Made by a program: the position numbers and the translations under genes
Assembly: GCA_964473845.1 (NCBI GenBank)
Contig: CAYYQO010000004.1
Span: 1 to 41,688 of the forward strand
DNA from: an uncultured Aeromicrobium sp.
Lineage (GTDB): Bacteria > Actinomycetota > Actinomycetes > Propionibacteriales > Nocardioidaceae
Length of the DNA stretch: 41,688 bases
Reading direction: 5' to 3'
Notes under the pieces: generated by a model
The model's database searches: none
Told to the model about the DNA's origin: nothing
Seen by the model: only the letters and a program-made list of their open reading frames with translations
Shown here: piece after piece, positions 1-10,681 of the stretch
Numbering within the stretch: the first letter of the stretch is position 1
Layout: each line of letters begins with the position of its first letter

Positions 1-204
1 GACTCGGTGAAGCAGCGGCTCGCCGCACAGGCCGAGGAGCACGGCCGGTCGATGGAGGCCGAGGTGCGTGACATCCTCACGCGTGCGGCGTCGCGCCCCC
101 ATGTCGGGCTCGCCCTCCTGGAGGCCGCTCGTGCAGTCGGGGGCGTTGAGGGGCTTCCGATCCATGACCGCACTGACACGGCTCGTGGGGTGGACTTCGG
201 ATGA
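1..204 (+). CDS. FitA/VapB-like ribbon-helix-helix antitoxin (5' end probably lies outside the window)
   Basis: KQRLAAQAEEHGRSMEAEVRDIL is typical of FitA/Arc-type antitoxins. The frame is open to position 1 and the stop overlaps the PIN toxin start (ATGA). Confidence 0.8.
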   Translation, partial: DSVKQRLAAQAEEHGRSMEAEVRDILTRAASRPHVGLALLEAARAVGGVEGLPIHDRTDTARGVDFG

Positions 205-620
205 TCGTGCTCGACACGAATGTCATCTCGGAGATCTTCCGTCCGCAGCCTGAGCCACGCGTGCTCGCGTGGCTCGAGTCGCTCACCGACGACGTCGCCA
301 TCACCTCGATCACGCTTGCGGAGCTACTCGCCGTAGTCCGCAGGCTCCCGGAGGGTCGACGCAAGACGGATCTCGAGGCAGCGATCCAGAGCGCGATCCA
401 ACCGTACCGGGACACGCGTTCGTTGCTTGCCTTCGACGAGAATGCTGCTGCTGAGTACGCCGAGGTGTTCGTCTTGCGCGAGCGCGCCGGGCTGCCGATC
501 AGCACGGCCGATGCCCAGATTGCCGCGATCTGCCGCGCGAACCGGGCGGTGTGCGCCACCCGGAACGTGAAGGACTTCGAGGCCACCGGCGTTGACGTCG
601 CCAACCCGTGGCGTGAGTGA
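201..620 (+). CDS. vapC: PIN-domain toxin (VapC/FitB family)
   Basis: MIVLDTNVISE, ITLAEL, ADAQIAAIC and ATRNVKDF are the PIN acidic motifs. Confidence 0.92.
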   Translation: MIVLDTNVISEIFRPQPEPRVLAWLESLTDDVAITSITLAELLAVVRRLPEGRRKTDLEAAIQSAIQPYRDTRSLLAFDENAAAEYAEVFVLRERAGLPISTADAQIAAICRANRAVCATRNVKDFEATGVDVANPWRE

Positions 621-760
621 AGACTCGACCCGGTTGACGCTTGCCCGACTCGGGGCATCAGGGTACAAAGATGTCGCTGGGACGACCGAAAGGTAGAGAT
701 TTCCGTCATCAGCTGGCCTGCGCGGTTCATTTCCCCGGTGCCGGCCCCTCCGCCCCGGGG

Positions 761-766
761 TAACGT
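761..766 (+). promoter_or_regulatory. Putative -10 box (TAACGT) for the riboswitch-terC transcript
   Basis: TANNNT hexamer about 10 nt upstream of riboswitch P1. Confidence 0.55.
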
Positions 767-774
767 GGAGGGAA

Positions 775-860
775 GGAAGGGGAGTACCCCTCAACCGCGT
801 CGTCGCCAACCCGGCTCACGCCCGGCCCGCGGGGCCCGAAAGGGCTGGGGAAGACCTTCA
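775..860 (+). ncRNA. yybP-ykoY (Mn2+-sensing) riboswitch
   Basis: GAAGG-GGAGUA-CCCC (776-790) ... GGGG-AAGA-CCUUC (847-859) gives P1/P1.1 pairing with the conserved GGAGUA/AAGA internal loop. It lies upstream of a TerC gene, the classic context. Confidence 0.85.
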
Positions 861-887
861 TCGTGAACGATCCGATGGAGGCCCGTG

Positions 888-1097
888 ATGACTTCGACCT
901 TTCTGAAATCCGCTGACACGCCGTGGTTCGCCCTCGACGGTGACCTGAGTGTCTTCGAGGTGATCGCCGTCGTCGGTGCGCTCGTGTGGGGCGGGGCATT
1001 GGTGTGGATGGCCACCAGTGATGTCCGCAAGTATCGCGACCATCACGGCCACCACCACACGAAGCCGCGTCCGGCCGCACGCCGCGACGATGAGTGA
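888..1097 (+). CDS. Small single-pass membrane protein with His-rich tail (HHGHHH)
   Basis: GGAGG RBS at 877-881, GC-rich third positions, hydrophobic segment VFEVIAVVGALVWGGALVWMA, and a stop that overlaps the terC start. Confidence 0.7.
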   Translation: MTSTFLKSADTPWFALDGDLSVFEVIAVVGALVWGGALVWMATSDVRKYRDHHGHHHTKPRPAARRDDE

Positions 1098-2046
1098 GAT
1101 CAGCGCGACCACGTGGGCGGTGACCCTCGCCCTCATCGTGGGCCTGCTGGCGTTGGACCTCGTCCTGGGCTGGCTGAAACCGCACCACGTCGGGTTCCGC
1201 GAGGCCGCAGCCTGGTCGGTGTTCTACATCGCGGTCGCGCTGGCGTTCGGGGTGTGGTTCACCTCTGCCTACGGCGCCACGCTGGGCACCGAATACTTCA
1301 CCGGCTACGTGCTGGAGAAGAGCCTCTCGGTCGACAACCTGTTCGTCTTCGTCGTGATCATGTCGACCTTCGCGGTCCCGGACCGGCACCAGCACAAGGT
1401 GCTCACGTTCGGGATCATCCTCGCGCTGATCATGCGCGGCATCTTCATCATCGCCGGCGCCGCGCTGATCGCGTGGTTCACGTTCATGTTCCTGCTGTTC
1501 GGGGTGCTGCTCATCTACACCGCGGTGCAGATGTACCGCCACCACGACCAGGATCCCGACATCGAGAACCAGGCGGTCGTCCGTGCCGCTCGGCGATTCC
1601 TGCCTGTCACCGACGAGTTCGTCGAGGGCCGGATCCTCGCGCGGGTCGACGGACGGACGATGGTGACGCCCATGCTCATCGTGCTCATCGCGATCGGCAG
1701 CGTCGACCTGTTGTTCGCGCTCGACTCGATTCCGGCCGTCTTCGGCGTGACGCAGGAGCCGTACATCGTCTTCGTGGCCAATGCGTTCGCGCTGCTCGGC
1801 CTGCGGGCGCTGTTCTTCCTGGTCAGCGGGCTGCTGGACCGGCTGGTCTACCTGTCGGCCGGACTGGCGGTGATCCTCGTGTTCATCGGGGTGAAACTGA
1901 TCCTGCACTGGGCGCACGTGGACGTGTCGGAGTCCGTCCCCGAGATTCCGACGCCGCTGAGCCTGGTCGTCATTGCGGTGGTCCTGGTCGTCGTGACCGT
2001 GGCCAGTCTGGTCAAGACCCGACGCGGATCTGCGGTCCTTCGCTGA
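1090..2046 (+). CDS. terC: TerC/Alx family membrane protein (putative Mn2+ exporter)
   Basis: EYFTGYVLEKSLSVDNLFVF and DLLFALDSIPAVFG motifs. Start reassigned to ATG 1090 (MSEIS). Confidence 0.92.
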   Translation: MSEISATTWAVTLALIVGLLALDLVLGWLKPHHVGFREAAAWSVFYIAVALAFGVWFTSAYGATLGTEYFTGYVLEKSLSVDNLFVFVVIMSTFAVPDRHQHKVLTFGIILALIMRGIFIIAGAALIAWFTFMFLLFGVLLIYTAVQMYRHHDQDPDIENQAVVRAARRFLPVTDEFVEGRILARVDGRTMVTPMLIVLIAIGSVDLLFALDSIPAVFGVTQEPYIVFVANAFALLGLRALFFLVSGLLDRLVYLSAGLAVILVFIGVKLILHWAHVDVSESVPEIPTPLSLVVIAVVLVVVTVASLVKTRRGSAVLR

Positions 2047-2047
2047 C

Positions 2048-2150
2048 GGCCGGCGGAGTCGTGGTGGACGCCGTGCGACTTCCCGGGTGGACGACGGTTC
2101 GAGCTCACCGACCCGAGCGGGAGTCGACTGGGGGTGTACGCCGACGCCGA
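2048..2150 (+). pseudogene. Frameshifted C-terminal remnant of a VOC/glyoxalase-family gene
   Basis: AGGVVVD followed by a 1-nt shift into PCDFPGGRRFELTDPSGSRLGVY, the VOC C-terminal signature. No start codon or N-terminal half. Confidence 0.65.
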
Positions 2151-2221
2151 GCCCGGGTGCCATGAGAAACTGCCCCCGATCTCCCTGATCGACACTTCCG
2201 ACTTCCACGTGAGGATCACCC

Positions 2222-2578
2222 TTGTCCGAGCAGCTTCCCCCGTGCCCTGAATGCTCCAGCGAGTACGCCTACGAGACCGGTCCGCTGCTGACCTGCCCGA
2301 TGTGTGGCCATGAATGGGCGCCCGGCGACAGCGAGGTGAGCGAGGTCGAATCCGTCGTGAAGGACGCGGTCGGCAATGTGCTCGCCGACGGTGACACCGT
2401 CTCGATCGTGAAGGACCTGAAGGTCAAGGGAGCAGGCGGCGGAACCGTCAAGGTGGGCACGAAGGTGCGCGGCATCCGACTGATCTCCGACGGCGTCGGA
2501 GATCACGACATCGATGCGAAGGTGCCCGGCTTCGGCCCGATGCAACTCAAGTCCAGCGTGGTGAAGAAGGTCACCTGA
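2222..2578 (+). CDS. yjdM: YjdM/PhnA zinc-ribbon protein
   Basis: CPECSSEYAYE...CPMCGHEW and DAVGNVLADGDTV..KDLKVKG motifs. Confidence 0.9.
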   Translation: MSEQLPPCPECSSEYAYETGPLLTCPMCGHEWAPGDSEVSEVESVVKDAVGNVLADGDTVSIVKDLKVKGAGGGTVKVGTKVRGIRLISDGVGDHDIDAKVPGFGPMQLKSSVVKKVT

Positions 2579-2582
2579 GACT

Positions 2583-4018
<1,436 letters not shown>

Positions 4019-4249
4019 TCAGCCTCCCTGGACTGCTTTGACGATCTCGAGACGGTCGCCGGCACGAAGTGTCGTCGACGCCCAGGCGCTGCGTGGCAGC
4101 ACCGATTCGTTGACGGCCGCGGCGACCCCGCGCGCAGGTCCGCGTCCGCTTGCGGCGTCGGGAGCGAGCTCGGCGACGACATCGTGCACGGAGACCCGCG
4201 TTGCGTACCTGCGTTCCTCGCCGTTGACGACGATCCTGATGGCAGTCAT
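4019..4249 (-). CDS. thiS: Sulfur carrier protein ThiS
   Basis: IVVNGE...VAAAVN...[13 protein letters not shown] with C-terminal GG. ATG 4249 overlaps the thiO stop. Confidence 0.93.
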   Translation of the reverse strand: MTAIRIVVNGEERRYATRVSVHDVVAELAPDAASGRGPARGVAAAVNESVLPRSAWASTTLRAGDRLEIVKAVQGG

Positions 4250-5400
4250 GCCGACTCCTTGATGCTGAATCTCATCGGATCCGCGACGGCCCACACGTGG
4301 TCGAGCGGCCGTCCGCCGAAGATCGCGTCACACGCGCGGGACGTGAGTGCCGCCAGCAGGATGCCGTTGCGGTGGTGCCCTGTCGCCACGATCAGTCCCG
4401 GCACGGTAGTCGGTCCGAGCATCGGCAGATTGTCCGGGCTGCCCGGGCGAGCGCGAGCCACGAACTCGGCGATCGGGAGCTCATCGAGGCCGGGCAGGAT
4501 CGCGCGCGCGTCGCGCAGGAGCCCGAACACCCCGCCCACCGTCGCGTGCCGGTCGTCGTCGAGCTCCTCGGACGTGGCACCGATGACGATCTCGCCCCCG
4601 GGCCGCCGCACGACGTAGACGGGTCGTTGCTGGACGAAACCGCGCACGATCCGGGCCGGGCCCGCCCAGTCCGAGCCCCGACCGTCCAGTCGGATGACCT
4701 GCCCTTTGACGGCCCGGGTCGGGATTTCGATATCGGTGAGAGGAGCTATGAGTCCGCGGGCAGCATGACCCGTCGCCACCACCACGTGATCCGCGTGGTG
4801 CGTGACTCCCTCGGTGTCGACGGCGCCGATCACCGTGCCGTCATCGAGATGGAGAAGTCGATCGGCTGAGACCGGGAAGGTGGTGACGCCGAGAGTCGTG
4901 AGGATCTCGCGCAAGGCCCGGTGCAGCGCCCGTGGATCCACCACGTGATCGCCGGGGACCCACTGCGCGCCCGCGATCCGCGGTCCGAGGAACGGCTCGC
5001 GGTTCCTCGCCTCGGCCACACTCAGTTCCTCGACCTCGAGCCCCGACCGTCGCTGCAGGTCACGCAGCCGGGCGAGCTGTTGCGCATCGCCGGCGTCAAA
5101 GGCGACCGTGAGGATCCCGCTCGTGCGGTACCCCACGTCGACGCCCGACGAGTGCTCGATCTCGGCCGCGAATGAGGGCCACAGATCAGCTGACGCCAGG
5201 TTCAGCGACAGCAGTTCGTGTTCGCCGAAGTCCGCCTCGGTGACGGGAGCCAGCATCCCCGCTGCGGCATGCGTCGCGCCGTCCCCGGGATGCGGATCGA
5301 GACAGGCCACGCTCACACCGGCGAGCCGGGCGCGCCAGGCGGCGATCGCGCCGATCACGCCCTGCCCGATGACGAGGACGTCGGTGCGTGCTCGTTCCAT
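4246..5400 (-). CDS. thiO: Glycine oxidase
   Basis: GxGxxG FAD motif, [18 protein letters not shown] and [10 protein letters not shown] motifs. Confidence 0.93.
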   Translation of the reverse strand: MERARTDVLVIGQGVIGAIAAWRARLAGVSVACLDPHPGDGATHAAAGMLAPVTEADFGEHELLSLNLASADLWPSFAAEIEHSSGVDVGYRTSGILTVAFDAGDAQQLARLRDLQRRSGLEVEELSVAEARNREPFLGPRIAGAQWVPGDHVVDPRALHRALREILTTLGVTTFPVSADRLLHLDDGTVIGAVDTEGVTHHADHVVVATGHAARGLIAPLTDIEIPTRAVKGQVIRLDGRGSDWAGPARIVRGFVQQRPVYVVRRPGGEIVIGATSEELDDDRHATVGGVFGLLRDARAILPGLDELPIAEFVARARPGSPDNLPMLGPTTVPGLIVATGHHRNGILLAALTSRACDAIFGGRPLDHVWAVADPMRFSIKESA

Positions 5401-5402
5401 GG

Positions 5403-5492
5403 ACGCTCCCTTCGCTGGCATGACCCAGATCAGGTTCAGCGGTCGGCGTACGTGCCCTCTCAGCCCCAGTCTTCGCGAGGCTCCCGCGCGCC
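5403..5492 (-). ncRNA. TPP riboswitch
   Basis: The minus strand reads GGGAGCC...GGCUGAGAGG...GACCGCUGAACCUGAUCUGGGUCAUGCCAGCGAAGGGAG directly before the thiO ATG. The aptamer 3' end includes the SD. A TAGGGT -10 box lies at 5502-5497. Confidence 0.96.
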
Positions 5493-5562
5493 TTCCACCC
5501 TACGTGGAGCGGCTCGGCCGCCCCCGGGCGGCGGTGAGCCTGGTCCCACCGAGAGCCGGGCG

Positions 5563-5658
5563 GTCGGACCCAGCGCACCGCCCCCGCGGGCACGTCGGAC
5601 TCAGCGCACCGCCCCCTCGGGCACGTCGGACCCAGCGCACCGCCCCCGCGGGCGCGTC
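5563..5658. repeat. Tandem repeat, 3 x 31 bp (GTCGGACYCAGCGCACCGCCCCCKCGGGCRC)
   Basis: Units start at 5563, 5594 and 5625, head-to-tail with 1-2 mismatches and no spacers. Confidence 0.9.
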
Positions 5659-5992
5659 ACACGTCGCGCGGGGCGTACATGATGACGGCGACGCCGACGA
5701 GGCAGATCGCGGCTCCGAGCACGTCCCAACGGTCGGGTTTGAAGCCGTCGAGGAGCATGCCCCACGCGAGCGAACCGGCGACGAACACCCCTCCGTACGC
5801 CGCGAGGATGCGACCGAAGTTCGCGTCCGGTTGCAAGGTCGCCACGAAACCGTAGAGGCCCAGGGCGATGACGCCCACGCCGATCCACAGCACGCCGCGG
5901 TGTTCGCGCACCCCCTGCCACACCAGCCAGGCCCCGCCGATCTCGGCGACGGCGGCCACGGCGAACAACGAGATCGAGCGCAGGACGTCCAT
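5657..5992 (-). CDS. ynfA: YnfA (UPF0060) small membrane protein
   Basis: [25 protein letters not shown] and DGFKPDRWD motifs. Confidence 0.92.
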   Translation of the reverse strand: MDVLRSISLFAVAAVAEIGGAWLVWQGVREHRGVLWIGVGVIALGLYGFVATLQPDANFGRILAAYGGVFVAGSLAWGMLLDGFKPDRWDVLGAAICLVGVAVIMYAPRDV

Positions 5993-6022
5993 GGGGAGAT
6001 TGTGCCGTGCGAGGCTGGGATC

Positions 6023-6337
6023 GTGACGGACCGACCCAGCACGGCCGAGGCGCTCATGCGCTCGCGGTTCGATGCGTTCAAGCGTGGCGATGCCGAGTGG
6101 CTGATCGAGACGTGGCATCCGTCGACCCGGCCACGCCGCCTCGACCTGACTGACAATCCGCGCTGGCGGGGATTGCAGATCCTCGACACGGTCGCGGGTG
6201 GTCCCGACGACGACACCGGTGTGGTCGAGTTCCGGGCAACGCACGTCGCCGACGGTGAACTGGGCATCCTGCACGAACGCTCTCGCTTCGTTCGCGAGGA
6301 TGGCCGCTGGTACTACGTGGACGGAGAGCTTCGATGA
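6023..6337 (+). CDS. ychJ: YchJ family protein (NTF2-like domain, no SEC-C motif seen)
   Basis: [25 protein letters not shown] and [18 protein letters not shown] motifs. Start position uncertain. Confidence 0.85.
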   Translation: MTDRPSTAEALMRSRFDAFKRGDAEWLIETWHPSTRPRRLDLTDNPRWRGLQILDTVAGGPDDDTGVVEFRATHVADGELGILHERSRFVREDGRWYYVDGELR

Positions 6338-6876
6338 CGACGGTCGCGCAGGTCCGCAAGGCCGCCCTGGCCATGCCCGAGGTCACCGAGGGCACGCACT
6401 TCGGCATGGTCGCCTTTCGCGTCCGCGACAAGGGGTTCGTCTCCATCACGAAGGATGATGCACTGCAGGTCCAGTTGGACCCCGCCGACATCGACCGGAC
6501 GGTGCGGGACCTGCCGGGCTGCGAACCGCTCGTCCGGATGGGTAGGCCGATCGGTGTGCGCGTGCCGCTCGCGGCGATCAACGGGATGCAGAGCAATGCC
6601 CTCGTGCGTCGGGCCTGGTTGGCGCGCGCACCCAAGCGTCTTGCCGCCTCGCTGCAGGCGTCCGACTCGTCGGAACCGGGTGAGGTCGGGGACCTGCCGC
6701 GAGCCATCGGCCGCCCGGCCACGCGGGCGCTGGCCGCCGCTGGTCTGACGACGTTGGAGCAGTTGGCCGAGCTGACCGAGGCCGAGATCGCTGCACTCCA
6801 CGGAATGGGTCCGAAGGCACTCCGATTGCTGGGTCAGGAACTCGCCGCTCGTGGACTGCACTTCCGCGAAGACTAG
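6334..6876 (+). CDS. MmcQ/YjbR-like domain fused to a C-terminal helix-hairpin-helix domain
   Basis: N-terminal [25 protein letters not shown]...[10 protein letters not shown] and C-terminal [29 protein letters not shown]. Confidence 0.7.
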   Translation: MTTVAQVRKAALAMPEVTEGTHFGMVAFRVRDKGFVSITKDDALQVQLDPADIDRTVRDLPGCEPLVRMGRPIGVRVPLAAINGMQSNALVRRAWLARAPKRLAASLQASDSSEPGEVGDLPRAIGRPATRALAAAGLTTLEQLAELTEAEIAALHGMGPKALRLLGQELAARGLHFRED

Positions 6877-6886
6877 GCTCGAAGCC

Positions 6887-7093
6887 ATGAGCGACGTCAA
6901 GGGCCCAGCGTCCTACTTCCCCTCCATCGAGAAGAAGTACGGCCAGCCGATCGAACACTGGATGCAGCAATTGGAGACGGTCGCCGCGGCCAAGCACATG
7001 GAGCAGGTGGCGTTCCTCAAGGACAATCACGGGTTCGGTCACGGTCACGCGAACGCAGTCGTGGCCGTCTTCCGTCAGGGCAAGGGGCTCTGA
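6887..7093 (+). CDS. DUF4287 family small protein
   Basis: KGPASYFPSIEKKYG...KHMEQVAFLK..HGFGHGHANAVV. Confidence 0.8.
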   Translation: MSDVKGPASYFPSIEKKYGQPIEHWMQQLETVAAAKHMEQVAFLKDNHGFGHGHANAVVAVFRQGKGL

Positions 7094-7966
7094 GTGTCCG
7101 CAGCGCGCATCGCCTTCGCCACCTGCGCGAAACTGCCCGAGGGATTCGCCGACGACCACGAAGCAGCGCGGTTGCTCGGGGCGGACTTCGTCGTCTGGAA
7201 CGATCCGCAGGTCGACTGGGCGGGCTACGACCACGTCGTGATCCGATCGGCGTGGGACTACACGATCCAGCGGGACGAGTTCGTCGCCTGGGCGCGGTCG
7301 CTGGGCGACCGGGTCTCGAACGCGCCGGAGCTGATCGCCTTCAACTCCGACAAGGCCTACCTGGGTGCGCTCGGCGTGCCGACCGTGCCGACGACCTATG
7401 TCGTTCCCGGTGGTGAGGCCCCCATGCTGCGCGGCGAGGTCGTCGTCAAGCCGACGGTGTCGGCCGGCGGGCGTGACACCGGGCGGTTCGACCCAGATCA
7501 CCACCACGGCGCCCGCGCCTTGATCGAGCACATCAACGGCTCCGGCCGGGTCGCGATGGTCCAGCCGTACGTCGAAGGAGTCGACGCGCACGGCGAGACG
7601 GCCCTGGTGTTCCTCGGCGGCGAGTTCTCCCATGCGCTGCACAAGAAGCCCGTGCTGCGTGAGCAGGGCACCGCCGCACTGCTCGACCCGGACGATCCGG
7701 CGTCCGAGGCCGCGATCATGCACGACGAGGACCTCGTGACGGCGGGGCCGGCGGCGCCGGAGTTCCTCGATCTGGCCCACGCCGCCGTCGCCGAGCTCGG
7801 CGGCCGGTTCGGGACACCGCTGTACGTGCGGGTCGACATGGTCCCCGGCCCGACCGGCCCGGTCGTGATGGAGATCGAGGCCGTCGAGCCGTGCCTCTAC
7901 CTCGACCTGGTGCCGGGATCGGCAGAACGCTTGGCCGAGGCCGTCAGGACCCGACTGAACCGCTGA
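7094..7966 (+). CDS. ATP-grasp fold protein (RimK/glutathione-synthetase-like)
   Basis: IRSAWDY, NSDKAYL, VVKPTVSAGG, MVQPY, YVRVD and MEIEAVEP motifs. Confidence 0.8.
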   Translation: MSAARIAFATCAKLPEGFADDHEAARLLGADFVVWNDPQVDWAGYDHVVIRSAWDYTIQRDEFVAWARSLGDRVSNAPELIAFNSDKAYLGALGVPTVPTTYVVPGGEAPMLRGEVVVKPTVSAGGRDTGRFDPDHHHGARALIEHINGSGRVAMVQPYVEGVDAHGETALVFLGGEFSHALHKKPVLREQGTAALLDPDDPASEAAIMHDEDLVTAGPAAPEFLDLAHAAVAELGGRFGTPLYVRVDMVPGPTGPVVMEIEAVEPCLYLDLVPGSAERLAEAVRTRLNR

Positions 7967-7987
7967 GCGTGACGTTTCGGGGGTCGC

Positions 7988-9199
7988 TCACGGCGTGTCG
8001 ACCCCGCGAACGTCACTGCCAGCGACTCGGGCGGGGCACAGCCAGACGGCGATGGCGGTCGTGATCGGGACGGCCAGGACCAGTCCGATCGCCCCGACGA
8101 GGGTGCGGACGATCTCCTGCGAGATCCCCTCGGTCGTCGCCACCTCGAGCAGCGGTCGCTGATAGGCCGAGATCAACAGCAAGGTCGTCATGGCCGTCCC
8201 GGCGTACGCGAACACGAGCGTGTAGACGCTGGAGGCGATGTGGTCGCGGCCGATCCGCATGGCCGAGGTGAACAGTTCTCGGCGGTCGGCCGTCGGCTTG
8301 AGGGAACGCATCTCCCACACGGCACTGGCCTGGGTGACCGTGACGTCGTTCAGGACGCCCAGGCCGGCGATCACCATCGAGGCGGCCACGACGCCGGCCA
8401 AGCTCATCTGGGGTGCCGTCGCGAGCAGCAGGTGGTCGTCCTCCGATCCGATGCCCGTCAGGTGCACCCAGTCGGTCGCCATCGCTCCGATGACCGCCGT
8501 GAAGCCGATGCCGAACAAGGTTCCGTACAGCGCTGCGGTGGTCCGGATGGACACTCCGTGGGCGAGATAGAGGACGGCCAGCATGATGACGGTCGATCCG
8601 GCGACCGCCACGGCGATCGGTGGCCGATCCGCCAACAGGGCCGGCAGGACGAACCGCAGCAGCACCAGCAGTGTGATGCCGATGCCCAGCAGGGCGAACA
8701 GTCCGCGCCACCGCCCGACCAGCGTCACGAGCACCGCGAACACGAGTGCCAGGATCGCCAGCTGCGGACCCCGCTGATGGTCATAGAACTCGTAGGTGGC
8801 GGACTGGCCCTCGGGGGCGATCTCGATGACCCGGATGTTGTCACCGACCTCGACGGCCTCGCCGACGTACCGGGTCGGGTCCAGGGTGAACAGCGCGGAG
8901 GTGCCCCGTTCGGTGTCGGCGGTGACATGTGCGCATGAGCCCTCGACCATCGGGATGTTGTCCGGACCGGTCCCGGTGCTGCCACAGTCGAACGGCGTCA
9001 CCTTGGTGACTGTCGCGTTGAGAATCGCCACGGATCCGTAGGGATCTGCGCCTTGTGGGACGTCGGCACGGTCGGGCCACAGGGCGGCCACGGCCGCCAG
9101 CGCCAGCAGGGCGACGATCAGGACGGAGGCGGCCAGGGACCAGGCCAGACGAGGGCGCGGGGGACCTTCGGAGAACTCGGCACCGTGATGATGTGTCAC
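7988..9199 (-). CDS. YibE/F family membrane protein
   Basis: GLGVLNDVTVTQAS, GRDHIASSVYTLVFAYAG, EIVRTLVG and VPITT motifs, with a His-rich N-terminus. Confidence 0.88.
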   Translation of the reverse strand: MTHHHGAEFSEGPPRPRLAWSLAASVLIVALLALAAVAALWPDRADVPQGADPYGSVAILNATVTKVTPFDCGSTGTGPDNIPMVEGSCAHVTADTERGTSALFTLDPTRYVGEAVEVGDNIRVIEIAPEGQSATYEFYDHQRGPQLAILALVFAVLVTLVGRWRGLFALLGIGITLLVLLRFVLPALLADRPPIAVAVAGSTVIMLAVLYLAHGVSIRTTAALYGTLFGIGFTAVIGAMATDWVHLTGIGSEDDHLLLATAPQMSLAGVVAASMVIAGLGVLNDVTVTQASAVWEMRSLKPTADRRELFTSAMRIGRDHIASSVYTLVFAYAGTAMTTLLLISAYQRPLLEVATTEGISQEIVRTLVGAIGLVLAVPITTAIAVWLCPARVAGSDVRGVDTP

Positions 9200-9251
9200 G
9201 GAGCCAGCGTGTCATGTTCTACCGACGCGCCCGGACACATCCCCGCGTGAT

Positions 9252-10559
9252 TCACCCCGCGCGCAACCTCTGGAACCCGGCATCCAGATCGGCGATGAGG
9301 TCGTCCAGCGTCTCGATGCCCACGGACAGCCGCACCGTCCCGGGCTGGACGAACACCTCCTGACGCTCCTGCTCGGTCAATCGCCGATGCGTCGTCGTGG
9401 CCGGGTTGAGGATCAGAGAGCGCACGTCGCCGATGTGCGTCATCCGGCTGAAGAGCTCGACCGAATCGATGAAGGTGCGTGCTGCGTCCTTGCCGCCACG
9501 CAGGTCGAAGCTGAAGACCGGCGTCGACCCGTCCGGCAGGTAGCGCTTCGCCAGATCATGGTGCGGATGCTGGTCGAGCAGGGGGTGGTGCACGCGCTCG
9601 ACTTCCGGCTGCTCGGCCAACCACCGGGCGATCGCCAGCGCGTTCTCGCTGTGGCGCGCCAGCCGCAGGGACAGGGTGTCGATGCCCTGCAGGAGCAGGA
9701 ACGTGTGGAGCGCCGAATAGCTCGGGCCGAAGTCGGCCGCCGGCCGAACCCGGCTGTAGCCCCAGAAGGTCTTCTCGGCGAAATGCTCGAGGAAACTCGC
9801 CTTGCCCGGCCGCACCGGTTCGAGGAACTGTGGAAAGCGGTCGCTGTGGTCGGCCCAGGGGAACGTGCCCGCATCGGTCAGCGCACCGCCGATCGTGGTG
9901 CCGTGTCCGGACAGGAACTTGCTGGTCGAGTGCACCACGACGTCCGTCCCATGCTCGATCGGGCGCAGTAGATAGGGCGTCGCCAGGGTGTTGTCGACGA
10001 CCAACGGAACGCCGTGGGCGTGGGCGGTCTCGGCGACCGTGGTCAGGTCCAGCACCTGGTTCGTCGGGTTGGACAAGGGTTCGCCGTAGAAGGCCTTCGT
10101 GTTCGGGCGCACCCGGCTGGCCCACGCCTCGGCGTTGTTGGGGTCGGTCACGAACTCGACCTCGATCCCGAGGCGCTTGAAGGCACCGCGGAACAGCGCG
10201 CGGGTTCCCTCGTAGAGGTTGACCGAGCTCAGGATGTGGTCGCCTGCACCGGCCAGTGACAACAGAGCGACCGTGATAGCGGCCTGGCCGCTTCCGGTCA
10301 GCAGCGACCCGACCCCGCTCTCGAGGGCTGCGAGTCTGGCTTCGGCCACCGCGTTGGTGGGGTTGCTCACCCGGGAGTAGATGAAGCCGAGGTCGTCGCC
10401 GGAGAACCGGTCGGCCGTGTGGTCGAAGGAGTCGAAGAGGTAGCCCGCCGTCTGGTGGATCGGCGTGATGCGCGGGTTGGCTCCCGAGAACGTCTCACCG
10501 GCGTGGACCTGGCGGGTGTCGAATCCGAAGCGCGCGTCGGCGGTGTTGGCAGTCGTCAT
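9252..10559 (-). CDS. metY: MetY-like O-acetylhomoserine aminocarboxypropyltransferase (PLP)
   Basis: YSRVSNPT, SGQAA, VDNT, HSTSKFLSGHG (PLP Lys), IGDVRSL and RLSVGIE motifs. Divergent SRMTHIG where HLANIG is usual. Confidence 0.8.
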   Translation of the reverse strand: MTTANTADARFGFDTRQVHAGETFSGANPRITPIHQTAGYLFDSFDHTADRFSGDDLGFIYSRVSNPTNAVAEARLAALESGVGSLLTGSGQAAITVALLSLAGAGDHILSSVNLYEGTRALFRGAFKRLGIEVEFVTDPNNAEAWASRVRPNTKAFYGEPLSNPTNQVLDLTTVAETAHAHGVPLVVDNTLATPYLLRPIEHGTDVVVHSTSKFLSGHGTTIGGALTDAGTFPWADHSDRFPQFLEPVRPGKASFLEHFAEKTFWGYSRVRPAADFGPSYSALHTFLLLQGIDTLSLRLARHSENALAIARWLAEQPEVERVHHPLLDQHPHHDLAKRYLPDGSTPVFSFDLRGGKDAARTFIDSVELFSRMTHIGDVRSLILNPATTTHRRLTEQERQEVFVQPGTVRLSVGIETLDDLIADLDAGFQRLRAG

Positions 10560-10568
10560 AGCGATGCC

Positions 10569-10608
10569 ACGGTAGGCCGCTGTGCAACGGTCCCGGGCGA
10601 GTGTGACG
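10569..10608 (-). promoter_or_regulatory. Island box plus promoter for metY
   Basis: Minus strand CGTCACA (10608-10602) - 27 nt - TACCGT (10574-10569). Confidence 0.75.
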
Positions 10609-10614
10609 CTCGGA

Positions 10615-10673
10615 CGTCACACTTCGTCACACATGTCATGTACGTGCCGTGGCCGCATGGGACTGTGGAGAAT
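10615..10673 (+). promoter_or_regulatory. Island boxes plus promoter for the LLM1-LLM2 operon
   Basis: CGTCACA at 10615 and 10625, TGTCATG at 10634-10640, then 27 nt, then GAGAAT at 10668. Confidence 0.7.
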
Positions 10674-10681
10674 TGCCGACC

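Noticed and set aside
5563..5658. CRISPR array
   Set aside because: The 31-bp units are contiguous with no unique spacers, and there are no cas genes in the window.
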